A stretch of 57,927 nt of DNA, filler included, from Sphacelaria rigidula (taxonomy: Eukaryota), in the NCBI GenBank assembly GCA_964200075.2. It is 5 parts of 5 records of this genome, joined end to end, with 100 filler letters (N's around TTAATTAATTAA, not from the genome) between each part and the next. Parts side by side here need not be neighbours in the genome. Positions count along the whole stretch, not along the records: positions 23,213 to 34,717 come from CAXNAA020004852.1; positions 34,818 to 46,322 come from CAXNAA020004853.1; 3 more parts are not named here. One strand, 5' to 3'. Shown in pieces: positions 24,093 to 35,869 of this stretch. The translations under genes and the position numbers were made by a program. Below the pieces are notes generated by a model. It worked only from the letters and a program-made list of their open reading frames with translations. It did not search any database and was not told the origin of the DNA. How positions within the stretch are numbered: position 1 is the stretch's first letter; each line of letters begins with the position of its first letter.

Positions 24093-24185
24093 TATTCTAC
24101 ATGACCGTATACATCTTGATACTGAACATATACACGGGATAAGCATCCCGACGCCAGTCGATTTTATCCCACTGAAATGCATGGT

Positions 24186-27100
24186 TTAATATTCAAAACC
24201 CACGGACAATCGCACTGTTCCCTTCCTCTTCGCCCTCTTGCTCTTCGTCAGATGCTCCAGATGCTCGATTGGATGCTCCAGATCAAACCAGGCGCTATCC
24301 ACCATCATCACACGTCGTCCCTTCACTTCTTGCCGTCGTTTTGGGTCACCTTTCTCGTCGCACACCGCACTCGCTCTCGCCCCCTCCTCATCAGCGCCCT
24401 CTACCTCCCACATGACTTCACCGTTCACGGCGTTAGCCAGCTCTCCCTTTGTTCTTGTTGACATTTCCTCTGCGACTGTCTCCACCTGGGTGTCAAGTTT
24501 CACGAGGTCACCCGGGGCAATTTTCGCTGCCGAAGGTATGGTCGGTTTCTTGTCTCGGTTGTCTGTGCCTCTGCGTGTCGAGAACAACCCCCCGAGAACA
24601 CCTCTTTCCTTTTTGTTTTCAGTTACTGCTTCGGCAATGCTCAACGTCGTTTCTGTCGGCGTTTCGTTCGGTGACCCACCATCTGTACCCTCCTCGAAAT
24701 CTCTGATGGGGATACAAAGTCGGCCCCACAGAGTGGTGGCTAATTCGGCTTGCCTCATAGTGTTTGCCGCTGGTTCTTCGGCAGTTTCTTCACCAGGGCT
24801 CTCGTCTTCTTGCGAATACGGACCGGAGGTATCGTGTCGGAGGTCGGTTTGGTCCTTTGTGGTGGCATAATCTCCGCCCCGTGGAGTAAGATCAAGGCCA
24901 TCCTCTGACTTTTGCTGGGGTGCATTCTCCTTGACCCGTCTGGAGCTGGTCAGAGACGATAGAAAGAGAGATAGTCTACGCGGCGGAGATTGAGGAGTCG
25001 CGCTGTGTTCACGAGGTTCTGATGCCACGGCATCATCCTCACGTTTTGCGACACTTCCGTTTTCTTGGGCGATCGCACCGCTATCCTTCGACTCGCCCGA
25101 CGCTTCAACAGACAAACCCACTGAGATATCCTCGCTCAGTTGATCTTCCTCTTCCGTGCACTTCCTCTCGTTCTCTGGTTTGATATGTGCGTTGTCGTCC
25201 GATGCCGAAATATTTGGGAGTACCTGGTACCCATAGGGATCTCCCCCCTGTAGCTGTTTCGCCCCAACCATTTCCTGGGGGCCTGCTTTCCTAACCGGAT
25301 CGTCACTGTAAGTCGAACGGCGCCGCGTCTTGTTCACTCCCCGAGGATTGGTGACGTCACAAATGACAGCAGCCGGGGAGAGCGTTTGATCACGCCTGAC
25401 CTCTAGTATTTCGAGCATTAGTCTTCCCGCGCTGATCTTCTCTTGCCGTCGCACCCCGTAGTTCCTTCGTCCAGCTTTGTCGCCCGCGACTTTGCCCGGC
25501 GTGGTGGGACAGAGCGACGAATACGATTCCGGTGATTGCGGGTTAGAATCAGCCTGGTTAGAGCAGACGAGGTAATCTTTTTTGAGTTCTCGTTCGTTCG
25601 TCCCACCCTTCTCTTTTTGTCTTCCTTGCGCCCGACCCGGGCTCCAAAAGCTTCTGTTATTTTTCTTCGCGGAACGGGACTCCGCTTGAGACGGCGTTTC
25701 TGTTAACCCAGGACTGCGGTGGCGGACGGTGGTAAATATATCGCAGGAACCAGAGTCACTGCCTGCTGTTTCTTCGGGGTCCTCGCAGCGTGTCGATGGG
25801 TCTGTTGCACCCTTGAAAAAAGCAACGTCGACGATGCTCGGCTTGATCGTCGCTTCAGCGGTGGCGTCCACCAGAGACTTGGGCGTGGGTGTAATAATCG
25901 ACTTGACGATTGATTGGATTTTTGACCTACTCGTCGGCGTGATTTTTGACTCGTCCGTCGGGACGGCCGCTGTCTCTTGCGCAGCAACAGTCCTACAAAT
26001 ATCTTCTTGCTCACAATCTCGACCGCGATCAATGGCAACTACAGTTTCGACAGGAAAACTTGCAGTGTCTCTAGGACCTATCCCCCGACCATGACCAACA
26101 CTACTTCCCCCTGTCCGATTACATCTATCCACATCACCCGAATCCTGGAAACCGTCGATATGTGCCTCCTCAGGAGGTATCACTGGTTTTCCCTTTGGTA
26201 ACGGTATACGGAGTGCTTGGTCCCACCTCCACGCCCAAACATGGCCGTTCTCCTTGCCACCACCTTGGGCGGTCTCGCGGTCTGCGACGGGGCTAAGCAG
26301 CAGCGATTCGGCCGCAGCAACGGTACTTTCTAGCACATTTTCGCCGAAAGTAACCCGTACAAATAAAGAAACGCCAGAGTAGTTTGCTCGGTCCTAGATT
26401 CATGCGCGCTCAGAGAAGGGCGGGAGGGAGGGGGCGGTGGGGGGGGGAGGAATCTCAGGTATCTCCGAACTGCTATGAGCACGTCAAAAATGAAGGGAAA
26501 TACTGCAGAACACAATTCTTCAGTATTTCGGGCATACAAGTGTAGGTTAACGTCTCGCACAAACTTTACTCTGACTTTCACCAACCCGTTTTGCCACGGG
26601 ACTTTGACTCGAATCCACGTTCGCTTTACTGCTCTCGTGCATAGCCCACGTCCTGTGAGAGTGGCCTCGGGTATCTTGTGACGGTGATTTTGTTCTGAGC
26701 TAATACGAAAAAACTGAGAAAATGTGGAGATAGTAATGATATGTTTACGGTGCAAAGAACCGGTTACTGTGCGAAGTTGTTGTTCTCTTGTAGTCGGTTT
26801 GGAACGTCTACTGCAGCGTACGAAATCAACAAGAGCGCAACGCCTGCTGGCCGTCCTCTTTTGTTGGATAACGATATAGAAAAAAACTATGCACATATTT
26901 TTACTACGGTCCTTTGTCGAAGACTTGACATCTGACTGCACGTTTACTCGCGATAAGCTGTCTGGACCCAGGCCTATTTAACCACAGACATCAATAATAG
27001 AGAAGTAAGATAGATATGCCGATACTTGTGCATGTTTGTCGCATTCCACAAGTTCTTGTGAGACAATGATCTCGTCCTCCAGCTGCTGTAAATGTGGTTT

Positions 27101-30100
27101 TACCTATCGTCAGTCAAAACACGGTTGTGAGTTTTGGTGAGTGAGGCGCGGAAAGATTTTGCAGGGATGTACAACTAACGAAACCTTATGGTTCGAGTAC
27201 CTAGTGCACAAGTATTATACATACTCGGTAGGGCACGTCAGACTGTCTTAGACGCCCGACATGCACGCCAAAGGAAACACAGAGTTGCAGCTGCTAGCTC
27301 GTTTTGTCCAAGTATTCGTGTGTATGTGACGGACGGATGCAAGGCAAGGCAAACAAGGTGTAAACCAGTTGTCGTAACCTTTTTCCACGAGAACATCCCT
27401 ATTGAAAGCGCATCCTTCACTTGTATCTCGTGCAAATCCAAGACCAGGGTGGCCGGTGCAGCTTCCACATACGGCTTGCCGTGTGTAACAATGGTGCCGG
27501 CGTGCTTTATTGACGGCCACGGCAAGTCCGCGGGTCGTTCCGCAAACATTTGTATCTCGCGCTGAGATATTAGGCCTCGAAAATGCACGCGAAAGGGGAC
27601 GAGCATGTTGTCCGGAGCAAGGAGGGGGGGTACTCATGTATTGAATGCAATCAATGAGTCGATCATTGACCACGCGTCTTCACGCGATGGGGCAGATGGG
27701 GCGTACAGGTGCGGGGGGATTATGCTGTTGAAGTTCACGCTGACAGCGCATCGCCTGAGTAGCTTTTCAGCACTGCATACTCGGCACAATCAGACGTGAA
27801 GTTCGACTGCGAAACTTGGGTGACTGGCCCAAACAATGACCCTCAGAAGTTGGTTTGCGATGCTGTACGAGCAAAGTGCCAACGTTCTGTGTGCATTTCG
27901 TGTGGGCGTAGTACCTTGTGCTTCAGCAGTTTAAGCAGAAGAGGGTGTTTAAAATACCGCGCACGTAGAGAAATTCTGCTGTATTCTTACGATCTTTGTA
28001 CGAGAATAAACGCGTATACAATCCTCATGTCGTTTGTAAAGGGCGAGGACATGGATCCCATAACGCGTGGGATCTACTGCCGACGGTGTGCTTACCTGAG
28101 ACACCCCTTGGCACTCTTTCCACGACGGCGGAAATCCCTGCTTCCGGTAAGAGATTTCTCATTCCGAGGCTGTGAGTTGACGGGAGAAACACGGAGTATC
28201 GAGTCGCAGAAAGCGGAATTCTCTCAGTGGATGGCGCAAGCCGCGGTAATATAGTCCGACGAAAGTGGCATTGGACGCTCGCCGACCGCAGATCACATCA
28301 GCATGGCGTCTAGTTACTGCAAATATTAGTTACTACTTCGGCAATGTGAGTGGACAGACGCCAGCACCCCATATATAGGGGGTGCTTGAAAATGCCACAC
28401 AGTTGAAGTATATCCTGGATGGCCGGATATGTGCGGCTGAAGTGAGTAAGAACTAGGCGCATTGCCGAATACCTGACGAAGACTGATGAAAGCTCATCTG
28501 AAGATACCGCCCCATCGCCATCAATGTCGAAGAGTTCAAACGTGGCGCGATAGTCGACGGTTCCTGTCGTGAGTGACAATGCGGACGAGGAACATTGACC
28601 GTCGCCGAACGGGGTTGTTCCGAGTGCCGGTTTTTACCACACGCCTCTCCCCTCGGTAACGTAGACCTCGAGTCAACATGGTTTGTCGCCACCCATTTGC
28701 GGAAGAGGTACTCGTTTCGCCTAGTTGGCGAAGAGGTAATTTTGGGGTATCCTATGCGGAGCATAAAGCACGTGGTGGTAGACAAAGATACAGTACGCAC
28801 GCACATACACACACATACAGACACCCCGTGCGTACACTACTGCGAAGCAGCTGCAACACCTACCGTCTTCCTGTGCGGCATCTTCCAGCAGCAAAATCTG
28901 GGTTTTCCTCGTCACATCGTCCACCTTTCTCCGAAACTCCGCTGCTATGGGGTTCTCCGCACACCTATCGGGAACCAAACGCCGTCCTGCATCATCATCG
29001 TCAGCGTCAGCGCACGAAAAAACGACGACAGGGTCTACTGACAATATACCCGATGCCGTCCGCGAATCGCCGCTCGGATGTTTGACTATCCCAGGATCAG
29101 GGACGTCGGCGTGCATCGAGCTTTTGCGGTCAACGATAGCCCTTGCCGTTGTCTCGCTTTCGTTTTGCGTTGAGTCGACCACTTCCGATACTGCTCCGAC
29201 GACAGTACCGACAACCGTTTCTCCTTCGGCCACCGCCGTCGTGTTTCCTACCGCTTGCGTTTTCTCACTCGCCAGCAGACTTTGTCTATGGCCTGATCCT
29301 GCTACGATTCTGCTCGCACCGTCCTCTCCATCTTGTTGGAGGAGCATGCCCCCACTACTACCCGAGACGCGCGCGAGTTGTGGTGGTACGCCACTGCCGT
29401 CAACTGTAGAGTTACCTTCTGCAAGAATCTGTCCTGTGGCGCCCTTATTTGGTCCGCTCACTTCGCCGCCCTGGCGCGGTCGTTCAAGAGTTGACACGAT
29501 AATTCCGTCGGTTTGAACGGCAACAGACACCACCGTCGCGCTATCGCAAGGAGTCAACGCGCCCATGGTGGGTGCAACGAACCCTTCCGGGCTTACGCTG
29601 TCTTTAGTATCGAGAATCGGTGTCGACGCGGGAGTATCTCTGCGCCACACCAATCCTGCTTTCCCTGGCTCCGACCGTGCTCTTTCCACCGGCTGTTGGT
29701 CATCACAACCCACCACGGCCTCCGTTGTTTTGCTCAACTCTCCCGTATATCCGTCCTGCTGGCGATCCTGTGCGCCTTGTTGGTCGTCCCTACTGTGTTG
29801 CCCGTCGGGACTCTTCCGCGTGATTGACCAGTCGAAGGTGGCGGTGGTTTCAACACGAACATCTTGTTGCTCTGTAATGTGCGATGAAGTCGCTTTCTTC
29901 GGAGCAGCACAGGCATTACATCTCAATTTTCTGCTGCCACAGCAGCAGCATTCGGATGCCGTTTCCTTCGGCACAGGACCAGAGAAGACGCTACACCGCC
30001 TGTGCCGTCGACTGAGTCCTTTGTTGGCGCCGCTCGATGCCCGATATTGAGCCCTTGCACTCTTACTTCTCGCCCAGAGGGTTGTCCGTAGGCCACGTGG

Positions 30101-32106
30101 TAGTAGCGTGTCGAACGAGTTAGCACCGTGCGTGCCGTAGTTGCTCGCGATGGAGGCCGCTCCGCGCCCAGAGGAGTTGCGCACGTGAAGATCAATCCCG
30201 GGGTATCTGATCAAACGCAACGCGTGGTCCTGATAGCGCGCGCGGGGGGGGGGGGTACAGAAGCTTCTTCGTTTTCGCGGCAACGAGTTTGTATGCGAGA
30301 GTTTCTGGTTGACTGGAGGGCTGCTTGGGCGGGAGTAAACACCCCATCGTCGCGGCAATGCATAGCGCGGAAGGACGGAATACGGCATTACAACCTCGGC
30401 GCGGTGGTCAAACTGGTACGACTGAAACATGTTGACGGCTAGGGCGGACGAGTGCTGGATCGAATCCACACAAAAGCATTCCGGTTCTTTTTCTGAGAAA
30501 TACAAGTGTATGATTTCCGTCGTTGACACTGTGAAGACGTGAGTAGCACAAGAAGGTTATTAGCGAGAGTCCACGCGGTATGGGAGTGCTGGTTATGATT
30601 CAATCCGCGATATCAAAATACAAGGTGTGTACTGGGGGAAGAGTGGATTGACCAAGACCACAGGCTTGTCGCACGGAAGGGGAAAGAGTTAAAACCGTCA
30701 CGGAAGAAAATAAAGAGAGAGAGGAAAGGGACACGCTCAAAGCCGCTTCTAGAGTGTCCAGCATTTTCCGCGGTGTCCAACGACGGCAGGAGGCAGCCGA
30801 GATCCGACAAAGGGACAGCTAGAGTTGACAAATAGCTCCACCATTGAAGTGATCGAGATGCCAACAGCATTATACGTAGCAACGTTATGCACACCCCGCC
30901 TTTCAAACTCGCAAATCAGTCTTCTTTTTGGACACCGTGATCGCCCCAGAATTGCAATCGCACTACCGTACCTTCATGCCTATCTTGAGAACAATGATGA
31001 GGAGAGTGTCGCCCGCTTCCGGCTCCACTCCCGGTGGGGCTTGCCAGCAGTTAGGCAATGGGTCGCTGATGTTAATACACCAGTACCACGGCCAAACAAT
31101 GCTGCCCCCCTTCTCCACCACTTTGGTACTGTGGAGACAAGGGGCGGGATGTCGAATTGGGTGCTACGTTTTCGCGCCCAATCACAGGACCCCGTGAGAC
31201 TTCTGTCTCGTTCTACCAAAACAAATATAAAGCGTCACGCAGACCTCAAATCAACCGCTGTAGGTCTCTGATACGACGCGGATCTGCCCGATACATGTGT
31301 ACTAGGTGGAACGATACATACCGTCAATAGAGCAACGTGAATGGCGCCAATAGGCACTCATATGACGAAGGCCCTGTCAGATTCACACTTCAAAACAGAT
31401 CGTTTGCCAGGATCCCAGCTGGTCAGAGCGCAGGGATTGTCCCCACAATTTTCGAGGTTTCATGGGAACGAGAGCCTTCGAACCATGGTGGTAGTAGGTG
31501 GGGAGTTGACATCGTATCAAAAAGCCTCGCTCTGCTGCGGTGTCAACACCGAATAAGTGCATGCCACAGCAACGGCAATAGCACGGGCTCACCAGCCATC
31601 ATCCGCATTCACTTACTTTTGAAGAGAAGGGGAAGATGCTCGCATCTTCTCCATTGACCGACACGTTTCGGCCGAGGAATCTGATTGGTCAGAATCCTGT
31701 ATCAATGGGTGACACCATCCATGAACCTGGATTCATTTTCGCGAGGGAGAGACTTTCGACTCTGGGTGTCCTCACCTGGAGGACACATGCTTCGAACAAT
31801 TGTTGGTTTTACAGGCCTGATGAAAGCAATCTCGGGGGGGAAATCGCACGGCCGATACAACCCAACATCCAGTCAACTGGTGGGTAATGACCTGTATTGT
31901 AGATTCACGTCCATGATGATATCTTCTTCCCCTTGGCCACGGCCCAATGTGCTGGCTTTTTGGGCTTCTGTGAGAAGCCTATCGAAACGACATAAATGTC
32001 CAGTCTTGGTCTCTTGGAAAAGCTTCCGCTGCCACTCTCGACGGCGATGTTGGGGGCCGTATTTACGGGGTGAAGCCTTACTGCAGTTGAGAGCCTCTCG
32101 AGCTCC
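24186..32106 (-). CDS. Ankyrin-repeat / EF-hand pair / C2-like protein; exons 31892-32106, 30972-31128, 28864-30229, 28473-28563, 28096-28169, 27379-27575, 24186-26393 (5' partial, 1435 aa)
   Basis: All six introns GT-AG and phase-consistent. Ankyrin GDTLLIIVLKIGMK|DHALRLIRYPGIDLHVRNSSGRGAASIA; EF-hand FELFDIDGDGAVSSDEL and degenerate PRGVS|GLISQREI; C2-like strands in the last two exons; stop TAA at 24186-24188. Confidence 0.8.
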
Positions 32107-32689
32107 CTGGAACACATCCGTCGAGGAAGCTATATGCGTAGCCCATGTAATCGAGACGCAAGAACAGATGAACACGCGATTATACATATGACAGATGGGT
32201 GGGCTCTGAGTATTCTGCGCAAAGGTGCATGTTTATGAGCAAATGTTAGGGTGTACTCATGATCTTGCATGCCATAGTCATAGGACCATTGACCTCGCAT
32301 CCCTCGAAAGCCGGGACGGAGCACGCCGGCTTTTCGCCGGACCAGGCGCGCAAATATTGCGGGCGGGGGGGTGTTGCTTCGTGTGAGCCCGCCGAAGGGA
32401 ACAATTGTAACGCGTCATGGTGCTTGATAGCTTAAAATGTGTCAATGATAAATGTTGAGTTTTTGGGGTCAAATGTCTTCTCCGTAGACAGGTGTCACTT
32501 CTCTCTACACGTCCGAGCAACCAGCATTTCGCCTTTACTTGGTATTCGTGGAGTATTTCAACTATTATTTTCGTCGAATGCCATTCCTGCACTCAGGTGT
32601 CATTTCTCTCTAGACGTCTGAGAAACCAGTATTTCGCTTTCACTCGGTTTTAGAGAACGTCTACATCAGGTCGTTTTTACGCCTCTTGA

Positions 32690-33320
32690 TCGGCATCATT
32701 TTCGTGTACATCTTTGCTCATCCTCTCTTGCATTTCACCGGACATTAGGGTGCATTCTCTTTACCCTTGGGTTTGGAGTACATTTGTTCTCCGCACCGTA
32801 TTCTGCGTGGGCGTTACGCCTCGAGCGTGTTTTGATCTCGCACGCCTGTCTCTTCCTTTTTCGCTGTTCCTGCTCTGCTGCTGCAGCGTTGTTCTCATCT
32901 TCTTTTTCTCATCGGCACCATTTTCATTTTGAGTTTGAATCCGCATCATGTCTGAAACGGTCAGCCGTTATATGCTGAAACCGTCAGGCTGATCGTTGAT
33001 ACATTTTCCGACCGGCACCATTTTCGGATACATGTTCTTCGCTCATCTTCTTCTCTCTTGCATTTCACCGGACTTTAGGGCGCGTTCCGTTGATCCTTGG
33101 GTTCGGAGTGCATTTGCTTTCCTCGCTGTGTTCTGGTGGGCGTTACACCTCAAGCGTGTTATGATCTCGTACGCCCGTCTCTTCCCTTTTTGCTGTTTCT
33201 TTCTCTGCTGAAGAAAAATATCTGAGAAACACTAACAGTCAGCGTGTCCTTTCATTCAGCTTCGGCATAATTTTCTCTTTGAAATGGAATCCGCATCATA
33301 TCTGAAACGGTCAGCCGGGT
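32690..33320 (+). repeat. Imperfect ~320-bp direct duplication within a dispersed repeat
   Basis: ctcttgcatttcaccggac...gaatccgcatcat.tctgaaacggtcagccg occurs twice; related sequence at ~17720-17860. Confidence 0.75.
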
Positions 33321-34653
33321 CATTGCAGTGTCATTTATTTACCCCAGTCGGGTCAAAGGGCACGTTGTGGCCCGCTCTCAAAACTGGTTCAAATGCTCTC
33401 GACTCAGATATTTTGTTCTGTATCGCTCTAACCAAAGGGTATGGTATGACATAGTAGCATAGGAGGAGTACTTGGTCCTATTCCGAGTATCCCACACTAA
33501 AATATATACTAAATAAACAAATAGAAAGGAGCTCTGATACAGTGCTCTCGGGGACTCGGGGACTGGTCAATCAGCGCTGCACCCGCGAACGGGCTACTGC
33601 GCATGCCCCACACATTTTCCACATTCAGACTTCTCGAATCCCCGAGAGCACTGTATCATGGATGATGACGAAAAAGAACCAAGTATACACCCCATGCTCG
33701 TACGCCATACCCTTTGGCTCTGACATCTGCAGAAAAAGCTCTGAGAAACACCAACGGTCGCTCCTTTTTCAAAATTTGAATCGGCATCATTTTGACGGGT
33801 GCTGACCCTTTCTGTACGTGCGACATGCGCAAGTCCTATACAAAACACCGCTCCTCAACGAATTCTGAAAACAGATTTTTTTAAGCAAGGCCACGTACAG
33901 CGTGCTCAGCTGATGAGCAACTACGGCTTTTTCTTAAAACCATACCATGTGTCATTACGCAACGCACATAGCTACCACCGGTGCTCAAGAATCTTGGAAC
34001 TCGATCCACTAGCGCGGCCGCGAAAGCCGACAAAACCCTTGAATACATGAGAATGATAAGAGCATTGGAGGAATGGGAGGGGTAGACAAAATGGGGCATA
34101 TCCCGTGGTTTTAGGAACAAAATAGGGTAGCGACGGTTCGGTTCGGGGCGCAGCGCTGCACGCCGGCTGGTCACCTCGAAAACACGCTCCAACACCTCAG
34201 CCCCGCGCCCAACGCGCTTCGGCAGCATGCGTAGCCTCGTTTTGTGACACATGGGAGCAGGGATAACTAGGGCGCGGAAAAGGTAAGCTTGTTATTCGAA
34301 CACCCCCATTTGGTACACAAACCCGCGTGGTACATCCCACTGTCAGCCAAAAAGTTATTTAGTACCCTACTTTGTCCACGAGCATACTCCTGTTAGTTCA
34401 ATTGCAGCCTTCCTGCGCATTGAGCAGAGAGCACCCCGTAAATCCTGGAACACACTCCCATTTTGTCAATCTACACCTTGCCAAAAAAATCCGACTAGCA
34501 ATAAATTGTGGTCTGCTACTCGCTGCTCCGCAGGCCCAAAAGATTAGACGATTTTTGCGGTGTATCAAGGGTCTGTCGAGCGAAAAAATTCGGACACGTA
34601 GGTCACTCCCCCCCCCCTCCCCTCCGGGTTGGCGTCGGTTGGCGATGACGCTA

Positions 34654-34717
34654 TAAAAGCACGCCACTCACTACGTAAGCTAGGCAACCAGGTTACGTAG
34701 TGAGTGGCGTGCTTTTA
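34654..34717. repeat. Hairpin at contig end
   Basis: taaaagcacgccactcactacgtaa ... ttacgtagtgagtggcgtgctttta, 25-bp perfect arms. Confidence 0.85.
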
Positions 34718-34817
34718 NNNNNNNNNNNNNNNNNNNNNNNNNNNNNNNNNNNNNNNNNNNNTTAATTAATTAANNNNNNNNNNNNNNNNNNNNNNNNNNN
34801 NNNNNNNNNNNNNNNNN
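34718..34817. other. Artificial contig linker
   Basis: Same 100-bp spacer. Confidence 0.99.
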
Positions 34818-35693
34818 GACTGCTGAACCCCTCTCGCGATAAAAAATAAAAAGGCAAGCACCGCAGAAGGAAGGTGGGGTACTAAAAACAAATAAAAAGG
34901 GAAACTCCTGTGTTGACCTTCCTCCCGTGTGACCCCGGCTGGTGCACCCACATATACCGAAAGGTGAAAACGGGCACCCAGATTAGATGGGACGACAACA
35001 TCCACACACACACACATATTCAAATGCTGCGTGAGCGCGTCTGTGTGTTGTTGTTGTTGCTCCTGAACATTGCTCGCGGGGTGAGAGTTTCTGTCCCAAG
35101 TTGGGTGAGACCTCCACATAGCTAGCAGAGCTAACTCGCCACACCCTTTACTGTTATCTCCACGGCCTTGGGTCATTTTTTTTCTTCATCTTTTCATGTG
35201 TTTGCAAGCTCCCCTTCGCCTGAAGCTGTGCGGCAGGGACTTGCCTGCCGGTTTGTTTTTTCCTCCAGGGGAGCTAACCGTCTCAGGTGCCCTTCGGACC
35301 TTGCTTAATATGGCTTGTACTTGATTTTCAGTCGTGTCAGTACCCCGGGATCTAGGGGAAATGATTCTACGATGGGCTGGAGGGTAGGTTGACATCACCA
35401 CATGCAGGGGCTCATAGATATGTCAGACGACCTGACTACAGGCTGGGCCGCCGAAGGAACGGAGTTTCCTTCAACCCAGTCTAACTGACGATATATCGCG
35501 AGTTTTATGCCTACAATTTTTAATCTGTGTATTTTGTTGTTGTTGTTGTTGTTGATTTCGTTTGATTTCCTAATATCTTATTATAGATAGCTATAGCCTG
35601 TGATCACGGAAGGCGTCCGCATCAGATGCCCATTACGAATGTACCCCGCAGATATCGGAAAGGTGTTCAATGTGAAGACAACAACATAACACC

Positions 35694-35743
<50 letters not shown>

Positions 35744-35869
35744 GAGTATGACATGTTTTACAGTACAGTATGGGTCTTGCACTGCTGAACGATACTCTTA
35801 CGTTGTCCCACCCACCGCTCCCTGGTCTCTCGTCACGCCGCTGTACTGTGTGCCAAACCGAAATCGAAG

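Noticed and set aside
27706-27772. Extra exon of the EF-hand gene
   Set aside because: Phases are incompatible; 28096-28169 joins 27575 directly and rebuilds the second EF loop.
30230-30529. First 100 aa of the 602-aa ORF as coding
   Set aside because: Splice acceptor at 30230 completes the ankyrin repeat; the upstream part is intronic and abuts a dispersed repeat.
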